This document shows positions 34,653-43,560 of a stretch of DNA of 64,000 nucleotides, piece after piece. Origin of the DNA: a virus; IMG/VR virus record IMGVR_UViG_3300049215_000481, positions 1 through 64,000 of that record; one strand, written 5' to 3'. The notes under the pieces are model-generated. The model searched no databases. It was not told where the DNA came from and was given only the letters and a program-made list of their open reading frames with translations. The position numbers were made by a program, and so were the translations under genes. How positions within the stretch are numbered: the first letter of the stretch is position 1; every line of letters begins with the position of its first letter.

Positions 34653-37600
34653 CACTCCTACGCCGCGCAGTTACCAGCAGGCCCTCGGTGACCTGATCGA
34701 CGCCTTTCTATCGAGGCAGGGACTGAAAAAGCTGCGGGTCGGATCTCCGCTGCTTTCCATCATGGAGGCTGCAGCCCAGAGCGACATGCGTTCGAGCCAG
34801 GACACCTTCGGGCTCCTGAACGCCGTCTCGCTCGACAAGGCCACCGGCCTCGCGCTGGAGCGCATCGGCAACGACGAGAACGTGCCGAAGTACCAGCAGA
34901 GCGCGACGACCGGCACCGTCGACATCTCGGACGCGTCATTCACGAAGAGGGCGACGAAGCTCTTCCAGGGCTCCCCTGCCCCCATCGCGGGCTCGATGAC
35001 CATCGACGTCGTCGACGCCGGCCTGTGGCCCAGCAGCGGCCAGCTCTACATCGGCCGCGGCACGCCCAACTACGAAGGGCCCATCTCGTACACCTCGAAG
35101 GTGAACGCCGGCACGCACTACACCATCACGCTCGCGGCTGGCACGGCCCGGTTCCACAACACGTCCGAGTCCGTGATCCTCGCCCAGGGCGGCAACCGTC
35201 AGATCGGCCAGGGCGTCATCGTCAAGACGCCGCAGGCGAACACGTCGGACGCCGTCGAGTTCACGATCGTCACGCAGCGGACCATCCCCGACGGCGAGAC
35301 CCTCGTCTCGGGCGTCGAGGTCCGCGCGCTGAAGCCCGGCAACATCGGCAACGTCCCGGCGGGCGCCATCAAGGAGTGGTCGGCTGAGCCGTTCGCGGGC
35401 GCGACGGTCACGAACCCCGGCCCCTTCAGCAACGGCCGCGAGACGGAGACGGACGACGACTACCGCGAGCGCATCAAGAACGTGCGGCGCTCTCGCGCGC
35501 TCGGCACGTCGCTCGCCATCACCAACGCAGTCGACGGCATCACGGCCCCAGACGAGAACAAGCGCGTCAGCTCCGCATCGCTCGTGCCGCGGCTGAACCT
35601 CGCCTCCACGCTCTACATCGACGACGGCACCGGCTACGAAGAGAAGCAGGCTGGCGTCGCCATCGAGACCCTGGCGGACTCGGCGGTCGGCGGCGAGCTG
35701 TACTTCGAGACGAAGCAGCGCCCGGTCGCGCGCGCCTTCGCGGTCACGCAGAACTCGGCTCCGTACACCCTGACGCCGGGCGCCCAGCTCGCGGTGAAGG
35801 TCGGCGGACGGACGTTCATGCACACCTTCAACGTGGTCGACTTCGTGTCGATCGCGAACGCGTCGGCCTACGAAGTCGTGGCGTCGATCAACGGCAACCC
35901 CACGATCGGCTTCCGCGCCCGCACGGCCGAGTCGGGCACCAAGGTCGCCCTGTTCGCTGACGTCGACGCGAACGAGGACGTCGAGGTCGTCGCGGCTGCG
36001 TTCAACGACTCGAACCCGGCTCTCGGCTTCCCGCCGGGCATCAACTACACGATGCAGCTCTACCGCAACGACCGCCTCCTGACCAAGGACGGCGTGATCG
36101 CGGCGTTCGTCGGCGAGAACGTCTCGCAGTGGGACTCGGTGAGCGGCTCGCAGACCCTGGTGGTCGCGGTCGACAACACCCCCGCGCAGACGTACGCGTT
36201 CGTCGACCAGGACTTCGTGGACGCCCGCACGGGCTACTCGACGGTCGCGCGCAACACGATTGCCGCATGGTGTGCGGTGATTGAGGCCAAGATTCCCGGC
36301 ATCACGGCGACCGAGGACGCGGGCCGCATCGTGCTCACCTCCACCGCTGGTCCGGCGGCGAAGGCTGCTGTCGAGGTCCTCGGCGGTACCCTGGTCAGCC
36401 ACAAGTTCTTCAGTACGGGCAAGGTCGTGGGCAAGGCTCGCGACTACACGCTCGACCGCAACAACGCGCAGATCCGTCTGGAGCAGCCGCTGCTGGCCGG
36501 CGACAAGCTCACGATCGGCTCACAGTACACCCGCGCGTTCATCGAGTCGGACGTCATCCCTCCGACCTCGATCGGCGGCGTGGCCCGTTTCTGGTTCGTG
36601 ATCGACGGCGACGCCGAGGTGGTGCCCACGGGCGTCACGGGCGGCACGACTCTCGCCATCGCCCCCACGGCGGCCCACCCGAGCGGCAACGTCGTCACGC
36701 TGACGGCGAGCGCCGGCACCCCGTTCGTGAACGCCCGAGCGGGCGACTGGCTCATTACCTGGGACCCGGCCCTCGACGCCTCCATCCAGGGTGCCTTCCG
36801 CATCGCGGAGGCTGCGCCCACCTACCTGCGCATCGAGCGCCGAGCCGGCACCGCCGTCCGCGTCGGTCACCGCGCCGCCGCCCTCCAGGCGTCCGGCGCC
36901 TCCATGTGCAAGGTCCTGATCTGCGGCGGCAGCTACCGCGTCAGCGACATCTACGGCGTCAACTACGGCACGCCCACGGCTGAGCTGTACGACCCGAACA
37001 CGAAGACGTCGACGCCCGTGGCGCCGATGAACTTCGCGCGCACGTTCCACTCGGCGACGCTGGTCCCGAGCGGCAAGGTGGTCGTGGCGGGCGGCTTCGA
37101 CGGCAACGGCAAGCCGGTCAAGGCCATCGAGATCTTCGACCCGGTCGCGGGCACGTGGACCCTCTCGGCGGTCCAGCTCACCACCGGCGTCGGTCACCAC
37201 ACGGCAACCTTGATGGCCGACGGCCGCATCGTGTTCGCTGGCGGCAACGCCGGCACCGGCGGCGCGGTCGACGCGCTCCAGGTGTACGACCCGGTCGCCG
37301 ACACCATCACGGTCGCAGCTCACCTCGTGCACCCGCGTGCGAAGCACAAGGCGGTGCTGATGCCGAACAACGACATCCTGATCGCGGGCGGTTACGACGC
37401 GAGCTTCACGGACCAGGCGACGGTCGAGGTGTTCTCGCACACGACCCTGCTGACGACGGCCGGCATCCACAACATGAACCGCGCGCGCTCGGGCTTCGGC
37501 CTCGCCGTGGTCGGCACGTCGCCCACCAAGGTGATGGCGGTCGGCAACAGGAAGGGCGCGGCTGGCAACAACACCTACGAGCTGTACGACATCGCGGCCA

Positions 37601-40600
37601 CCACGTGGGGCGCCGAGACGCCTTTCCCGGCGGGCGGCCAGACGTTCGAAGAGAACGACGCCATCACCCTGACGAACGGTCACGTCGTCGGCGTGCACGG
37701 CTACGACGGCGGCGTCTGCGTCGGCTTCACGTACAACGGCACGACGTTCACCGAGACCTTCCCGGACCCGACGCTCGACGTGAACGTCAAGTGGGCCGGT
37801 CAGTACGTCGAGATCAAGAACGGCAGCGGGACCATCAAGAACATCGTGGGCGCGTTCGGCGGCGCCTGCGAGCTGTCGCCCGGCTGGGGCTTCCTGCCCA
37901 CGGCGAGCATCGAGCAGTACGACGAGGTCGGCGCGACGTGGACGGTTCCCGACCCGGCGACGACCACGGGCGTCACGCTCGCGAACCAGGGTCTCGCCAT
38001 CGTCCGCACGAGCGGCATCGTGCGCGAGGTCGACCTGCCCATCGGCACCAACTACACCGCGTCCACGGTCGCGGCGGCACTGAACACGGGCCTGGTCGGC
38101 GCGGTCGCGTCCGTCTACAAGACGAACCAGCTCCGCATCTCGACTGCCACGTTCGCGAAGGGCGGCGACATCGCCCTCGTCGCCCAGAACCAGCTCGCAC
38201 CGAGCTTCCAGCTCGACACGGGCTCGGCGGTCTCGAACCTGACGGGCCACATGGCAGCCATCGAGTCGGGCAACAGCGACCTCGGCACCCCGTCCTTCGA
38301 CGAAACGCGCATCTTCGGCACGACCAAGACGGGCGCGAACGCGGAGTCGGTCCTCGTCGGCACCGGCAACACGTACGTCAACTACGGCCTGGTCGGCCTG
38401 AAGAGCTGGTGGGGCGGCGCCGACGGCGACAGCTCCTTCGACGGCGCGGCGTACTTCTACCCGCGCGAGGGCAACAACTTCGGTTTCCGGACGCGCCTGA
38501 AGACGGCGCAGTCCTACGGTACTGCCGCGAGGCTGGACGTTCGAACCAGCAGCATCGAGCCATGGTCCCCGCTGGATCGCGCCTACCTCGCGGCTCCTTT
38601 TGCCATCGGTCCGAACGACGACCTCACGGTCCTCGTCGACAACGACACGAACAAGCGCTTCACCGTCAAGATGTGGCGGAAGCTGCAGACGGTCGGTGGG
38701 ACGTACGCGGCGACGAACACCTTCCGCGACGCGGACGGTGGCGGCGCATCGCTCGCGGCGACGTTCGGCCTCGGCTACAGCTTCAACGACTTCGCGGTCT
38801 ACATGAAGGCGCGCGCTGTGGCCTACTCGGACCCGACACAGCAGATGCTGTTCCGCTACTTCCGCTTCGGTGCGGAGGGTGAGGCGGCCCGCGTCCGCAT
38901 CGGCAACCCGCTGGGTCCGACGGCCCAGGTGTCGGTCGGCGTCGACCTCGTCAGCGACGAGAACAACGAGAACATCACGATCCGCCTGGCCTCCGGCGCA
39001 CTCCGTTCGCCGACGCTTAACAGCACCACCCAGGTCGGGCAGGCGTGCTACGGACACTCGGCCGGCGACGTGGCGAAGTTCGTCTACGTCCTCAACCTCC
39101 CCATCTCCTCGGCCTCGCGCACGACGAACGTCGACACGCTCACGCTGACCCTGCCGCCGTCCATCACGGACCACGGCCTGAACGTCAACGACGTCGTGTG
39201 GGTGAACTCGACGAACATCAACTTCGCCTCGGGCCTGAAGACGATCACGGCGCGCACGTCGACGACCATCTCCTACGCTGAGACGGCGGCCGACCAGGGC
39301 GCGACGGCCAACATCGGCACGGTGTCTAAAGACGCGGCGGCCGAGGCAACGTTCAACGGGTCCTCGACGGTGGCTGGCGACTTCCTCCGCATCAACGACC
39401 CGGGCGTTCTGGGCGGCAACGCGACGATGCGCATCGCCGCGGTGACGAACAGCTACGCCCAGACGACCTCGGGCGACCAGATCGACGGGCACGGCGTCGC
39501 CAGCGGCACCACGCTCTCGTGGACGCCTCTCGTCTCGGCGTCTGCCTTCCAGGTGTTCTCGAACCCCGCCCAGACCGCCACGCAGGTAGCCGCGAAGGTG
39601 AACTCGCTGGCGAGCGGCTCGACGTCGAAGTGCCCGATCACGGTCACGCTGCTCGGCAGCGGCGCTGGCACGATCGACCGTTCGACGCCCGACTTCCTGG
39701 ACGACAACGTCGCGTGGTACCAGCTCGCGGACGGCATCAACTGGGTCCAGACGACGACGTCACCGGGCTCGAACGTCGGTGACTACACCCTGCTCTTCAA
39801 GCGTCCCACGACCGGCTCGCTCGCCACGGGTGCCGACTGGGCGAACGAGGAGGTCCGCATCGCTCCCTCGACGACCGCCAACGTCGTCGCGTGGCTCAAC
39901 ACGCCCACGGTGACGGGTCTCTTCACGGTCTGCTCCATCCAGGCGTCGCAGGACGGTGAGAAGGTCCAGATCAGCTCGAAGACCCCGGGCTCGGTCGGCG
40001 CAGTGCAGGTTCAGGGCGGCTCGGCCAACGCCGCGACGACCGTGGTGGTGGGCAGCCCCGTCTCGGTCGGCAACAAGACCGTCTCGACGGTGGCGCGCGC
40101 CTTCTTCGACAGCTTCACCGGCGGGTCGTGGTGCCGCATCGACAACGAGAACACCGTGCCTCGCGCCCTGCTCTTCGGTACGGGCGTGACCCTACTCTCC
40201 CTGAGCGCTGACGGCACGGCCGTGTTCGACACGAGCGTCGCCAACCTCACCTACAGCCCCACGCAGTTGAAGGTCCAGGTCGAGAAGACGGGCAACTACG
40301 TCGCCATCTCCGACATGGGCATGAACGGCCTGGTCTTCTGGAACAGCGTGGAGCCGGGCAGCGTCGTGCGCCTCAGCCCGTCCACGGCACCGACGGCCAA
40401 CATGCCGCAGATGTCGAGCGCCAACCAAGGCCTGTTCCGCGTCCTGCGGGTCGGCCAGTCGTTCGTCGGCTCGGGCGGCACGCTGTACATCGAGAACCCC
40501 AACGCGATCCCCGAGCGCTCGGAGTGCACCCTCACGATCTTCTCCCCGGACTCGGTGATGCCGGGCGACAAGTTCGTGGTCGCCACCTCCGTGATGGGCG

Positions 40601-41382
40601 TGGAGAACCAGGGCGTGTGGACTGTTCGCTCGGTCGGCGACACGGACGGCTCGTCGGGCGACCCGTTCGCTCACACGGACCGCTTCATCCTCGACACCAC
40701 GGAGCGCACGCCGCTCCCGCAGACGAACATCGCCTTCTCGAACGACACGACGCTGGGTCTCGTCCGCGTGGTCGAGGGCACTCCCGCGAGCTTCCTGATG
40801 AAGCTGGAGGCGGTGGCCCCCAACCAGGACGACGGGGCGTACCTCGACATCCGCTGGGACAGGGACATCGCCAGCTCGACGATCGCCGGCTCTGCTGGGT
40901 CGGTCGTGACCGCGCTCGACAAGCTCGACTTCCCGCTGGACTTCATCTCGGGCATCGACGGCTACAGCTACAACACCGGTCTGATCGGTGAGGCGAACCG
41001 GGTGGTCTACGGCGACCCGTCCGACACGGCGACCTACCCGGGCGTCGCGGCGGCGAGCGCGCGGATCAACATCTCGGGCCCGCTCGTGAAGCGCATCACC
41101 CTGGCCCTGGCTCTGCGCGTCCGCTCGGGCGTCAGCAACCAGGACATCGCCGACCGGGTGCGCTCGGCCGTGGCGACCGTCATCAACCAGACGGGCATCG
41201 GCCAGCCGATCGCGCTCTCGACGGTCGTCGCTGCGGCGGCGAAGGTCGTCGGCGTGATCTCGGTGTCGGTCCTCTCGCCCACCTACAGCGTGGGCAACGA
41301 CCTCATTGCGGTGCAGCCGTTCGAGAAGCCGCTGGTCCTGAACCTGAACAGCGACATCCAGATCTCGTTCGCCGGAGAGTAG
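34645..41382 (+). CDS. giant baseplate J/gp47-like protein with kelch-repeat insertion
   Basis: GNIGNVPAGAI...GRETETDDDYRERI J motif; kelch repeats (RTFHSATL..GKVVVAGG...EIFDP..W); J-like C-terminus (IGQPIALS). Confidence 0.85.
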   Translation: MADTPTPRSYQQALGDLIDAFLSRQGLKKLRVGSPLLSIMEAAAQSDMRSSQDTFGLLNAVSLDKATGLALERIGNDENVPKYQQSATTGTVDISDASFTKRATKLFQGSPAPIAGSMTIDVVDAGLWPSSGQLYIGRGTPNYEGPISYTSKVNAGTHYTITLAAGTARFHNTSESVILAQGGNRQIGQGVIVKTPQANTSDAVEFTIVTQRTIPDGETLVSGVEVRALKPGNIGNVPAGAIKEWSAEPFAGATVTNPGPFSNGRETETDDDYRERIKNVRRSRALGTSLAITNAVDGITAPDENKRVSSASLVPRLNLASTLYIDDGTGYEEKQAGVAIETLADSAVGGELYFETKQRPVARAFAVTQNSAPYTLTPGAQLAVKVGGRTFMHTFNVVDFVSIANASAYEVVASINGNPTIGFRARTAESGTKVALFADVDANEDVEVVAAAFNDSNPALGFPPGINYTMQLYRNDRLLTKDGVIAAFVGENVSQWDSVSGSQTLVVAVDNTPAQTYAFVDQDFVDARTGYSTVARNTIAAWCAVIEAKIPGITATEDAGRIVLTSTAGPAAKAAVEVLGGTLVSHKFFSTGKVVGKARDYTLDRNNAQIRLEQPLLAGDKLTIGSQYTRAFIESDVIPPTSIGGVARFWFVIDGDAEVVPTGVTGGTTLAIAPTAAHPSGNVVTLTASAGTPFVNARAGDWLITWDPALDASIQGAFRIAEAAPTYLRIERRAGTAVRVGHRAAALQASGASMCKVLICGGSYRVSDIYGVNYGTPTAELYDPNTKTSTPVAPMNFARTFHSATLVPSGKVVVAGGFDGNGKPVKAIEIFDPVAGTWTLSAVQLTTGVGHHTATLMADGRIVFAGGNAGTGGAVDALQVYDPVADTITVAAHLVHPRAKHKAVLMPNNDILIAGGYDASFTDQATVEVFSHTTLLTTAGIHNMNRARSGFGLAVVGTSPTKVMAVGNRKGAAGNNTYELYDIAATTWGAETPFPAGGQTFEENDAITLTNGHVVGVHGYDGGVCVGFTYNGTTFTETFPDPTLDVNVKWAGQYVEIKNGSGTIKNIVGAFGGACELSPGWGFLPTASIEQYDEVGATWTVPDPATTTGVTLANQGLAIVRTSGIVREVDLPIGTNYTASTVAAALNTGLVGAVASVYKTNQLRISTATFAKGGDIALVAQNQLAPSFQLDTGSAVSNLTGHMAAIESGNSDLGTPSFDETRIFGTTKTGANAESVLVGTGNTYVNYGLVGLKSWWGGADGDSSFDGAAYFYPREGNNFGFRTRLKTAQSYGTAARLDVRTSSIEPWSPLDRAYLAAPFAIGPNDDLTVLVDNDTNKRFTVKMWRKLQTVGGTYAATNTFRDADGGGASLAATFGLGYSFNDFAVYMKARAVAYSDPTQQMLFRYFRFGAEGEAARVRIGNPLGPTAQVSVGVDLVSDENNENITIRLASGALRSPTLNSTTQVGQACYGHSAGDVAKFVYVLNLPISSASRTTNVDTLTLTLPPSITDHGLNVNDVVWVNSTNINFASGLKTITARTSTTISYAETAADQGATANIGTVSKDAAAEATFNGSSTVAGDFLRINDPGVLGGNATMRIAAVTNSYAQTTSGDQIDGHGVASGTTLSWTPLVSASAFQVFSNPAQTATQVAAKVNSLASGSTSKCPITVTLLGSGAGTIDRSTPDFLDDNVAWYQLADGINWVQTTTSPGSNVGDYTLLFKRPTTGSLATGADWANEEVRIAPSTTANVVAWLNTPTVTGLFTVCSIQASQDGEKVQISSKTPGSVGAVQVQGGSANAATTVVVGSPVSVGNKTVSTVARAFFDSFTGGSWCRIDNENTVPRALLFGTGVTLLSLSADGTAVFDTSVANLTYSPTQLKVQVEKTGNYVAISDMGMNGLVFWNSVEPGSVVRLSPSTAPTANMPQMSSANQGLFRVLRVGQSFVGSGGTLYIENPNAIPERSECTLTIFSPDSVMPGDKFVVATSVMGVENQGVWTVRSVGDTDGSSGDPFAHTDRFILDTTERTPLPQTNIAFSNDTTLGLVRVVEGTPASFLMKLEAVAPNQDDGAYLDIRWDRDIASSTIAGSAGSVVTALDKLDFPLDFISGIDGYSYNTGLIGEANRVVYGDPSDTATYPGVAAASARINISGPLVKRITLALALRVRSGVSNQDIADRVRSAVATVINQTGIGQPIALSTVVAAAAKVVGVISVSVLSPTYSVGNDLIAVQPFEKPLVLNLNSDIQISFAGE

Positions 41383-41427
41383 CCCGAGAGCCGCTCACAA
41401 TCTTGGAGGGGAAAGGTATTTCCCCGA

Positions 41428-41877
41428 ATGAGCCTCTCGAACGCAGCCGAGTCCGATCTCCTCAAGCTTCTCTTCCAGAACGTCACCTGGGCAGGTCTCG
41501 GTGACGTGACCGGCGTCGTAGGCAGCGGCGCCGCGGGCAGCCTGTACGTCGCACTCCACACTGCTGACCCCGGCGAGGCCGGCAATCAGTCCACGAGCGA
41601 GGCGAACTACACAGGCTACGCTCGCGTGGCTGTCGCCCGTTCGGCGGGCGGCTGGACTGTCTCTGGCACAGCTCCCACGCAGGTGGCGAATGCTGGGGAC
41701 ATCACGTTCGGTGCCTGCACCGCCGGCTCGAACACGATCACTCACTTCTCGATCGGCCTCGCGTCGTCCGGCGCCAACGAGATCCTCGCGTCTGGCGCGG
41801 TGTCGTCGCCGCTGCCAGTCGGCGCCGGCATCACCCCCGCCTTCGCGATCGGGCAGCTCACCACGACGGTGGACTAA
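41428..41877 (+). CDS. minor tail protein
   Basis: LYVALHTADPGEAG...EANYTGYARVAV...ITF motif common in phage tail proteins. Confidence 0.75.
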   Translation: MSLSNAAESDLLKLLFQNVTWAGLGDVTGVVGSGAAGSLYVALHTADPGEAGNQSTSEANYTGYARVAVARSAGGWTVSGTAPTQVANAGDITFGACTAGSNTITHFSIGLASSGANEILASGAVSSPLPVGAGITPAFAIGQLTTTVD

Positions 41878-41880
41878 TCC

Positions 41881-42381
41881 ATGGCCGACAACAAGCTTGC
41901 GTACGTAAATAGTGCGCCGGTAACGATCTCGCTCGCCTCTCTGGCGTCGTCGAGCGCGCTGGTGTCCGGCCGCAGCTCCGTCCTGATCGACAACACGTCG
42001 GACAAATTCCTCGACAGGCAGTATTCGGTCAAGATCAAGATGGGCACGTCGCCCACCGTGGGCCAGATCGAGGTCTGGTGCATCCCGGTCATGGACGACA
42101 CGCCGACCTACTTCGACACGTTCGACGGCACCGACAAGAACGTGACCGTGACGTCGCGAGGCATGCTCGTCTCGTACGGCATCCTGCTGGCCACCATCCA
42201 GATGGACAGCACCACCACGGGCGCCAACTTCTCGTGCTACGCGCCGCTGGCGGCGCGAGTCGGGTCGATCATCCCGCGCAAGTACCAGCTCTTCATCACG
42301 CACAACTGCGTCGCCGCCCTGAACTCCACCGGTGGCAACCACGTCGTTACGGAGCTTTCTTCGTACATCACGACGGTGTAA
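41881..42381 (+). CDS. putative tail-associated protein
   Basis: ORF track, operon context. Confidence 0.65.
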   Translation: MADNKLAYVNSAPVTISLASLASSSALVSGRSSVLIDNTSDKFLDRQYSVKIKMGTSPTVGQIEVWCIPVMDDTPTYFDTFDGTDKNVTVTSRGMLVSYGILLATIQMDSTTTGANFSCYAPLAARVGSIIPRKYQLFITHNCVAALNSTGGNHVVTELSSYITTV

Positions 42382-42384
42382 CCG

Positions 42385-43560
42385 ATGCTCGGCCCTCAGC
42401 TCTTTCGAGCTGTACCTCCTGGTCCGACTCGGCTGAACTCGCACTCCCCTCTTGCAAAGGGGGCAGTGTTCGCTTGGGCTGCTGGTTCGGGCCTCGACGT
42501 CGTCAACGGCCTGCGCCCGGTGGGCACAGGACATTCGTTCGGCACCGTAGCTGGGCGGCGATCGTACCGGATGCCGGGGGTGGCCGGTTCCTTGGCCAAC
42601 ATCAGTTTCGGCGCCCCCACATCCGTTACGAATCTGGCCCAAGGGCCTTCGACGTACGCCTTCTACTACTCGGTCAACGACACCCAGGCCGGCTGGGCGA
42701 ACCTCGCGAGCCGTGCCGTTGGCGGCGTCAACTCAGGTGGCTGGAGCTGCCGCGGGTTCAACGAAGTCGTCTACTTCCTGGTCGAGAAGTCCACGACCGA
42801 GATGTACGCGGGCTTCAACGGCGGCGTCGCCAACAACGTCCCCGGAACGGTGGTGTTCACGTACACCGGCGGGAACACCGCAGCGACGGACATCAAGTGC
42901 TACATCAACGGGAAGCTGGTCTCCGCCGCGGTCACCCAGGACGGCGTCGGCTCGAACCCATCTGACGCCAGCGCCACGCTCTACCTGGGTGTCTCGCGTG
43001 TCTCCAACGCCGACTTCAGTCTCAAGGGCGACATCATGGTCGGCGTTCTCGCCAACCGTGTCTGGTCGGACGCCGAAGCCGCGGAGTTCGCACGAGACCC
43101 CTACAGCGTTTTCGCGGGCTCGAACCCAATCCCGGCCGTCAGCTACCCGGTCAACTGGACGGGCACAAGCTCGATTGCATTCGGCGGCTCGGGCTCGCTG
43201 ACGGGCTCGGGCGCTCTCCATGGCAGCGCCACGGTCACGTTTGGCGGCAGCGGCGTCACCACCACGATCGGTCAGCTCGCGGGCACAACCGCCATCGTCT
43301 TCAGCGGTACAGCCGACTTCGGTGACTCGCAGATCCAGAGTGCAGCTCCCGCACATCGGGACAGTCGAACCGTCGACGTAATCTTTTTCGGCCCCGTAGA
43401 GGAGGCCGCCGCACTGACCCCGGCCAACTACATCATGAACCATGGCGCCCAGGTCATCTCGGTTACGAAGATCACGGCGACCTGGTACCGGCTCACGACC
43501 ACACGCCTCGTCGACGGCCAGACGTACTCCCTGTCGTCCAAAAACATCGGACTCACCTAA
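42385..43560 (+). CDS. LamG/concanavalin-like domain protein (candidate receptor binding)
   Basis: VVFTY.G....KCYINGKL...LYLG...LKGDI....NRVWSDAE...DPY. Confidence 0.75.
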   Translation: MLGPQLFRAVPPGPTRLNSHSPLAKGAVFAWAAGSGLDVVNGLRPVGTGHSFGTVAGRRSYRMPGVAGSLANISFGAPTSVTNLAQGPSTYAFYYSVNDTQAGWANLASRAVGGVNSGGWSCRGFNEVVYFLVEKSTTEMYAGFNGGVANNVPGTVVFTYTGGNTAATDIKCYINGKLVSAAVTQDGVGSNPSDASATLYLGVSRVSNADFSLKGDIMVGVLANRVWSDAEAAEFARDPYSVFAGSNPIPAVSYPVNWTGTSSIAFGGSGSLTGSGALHGSATVTFGGSGVTTTIGQLAGTTAIVFSGTADFGDSQIQSAAPAHRDSRTVDVIFFGPVEEAAALTPANYIMNHGAQVISVTKITATWYRLTTTRLVDGQTYSLSSKNIGLT

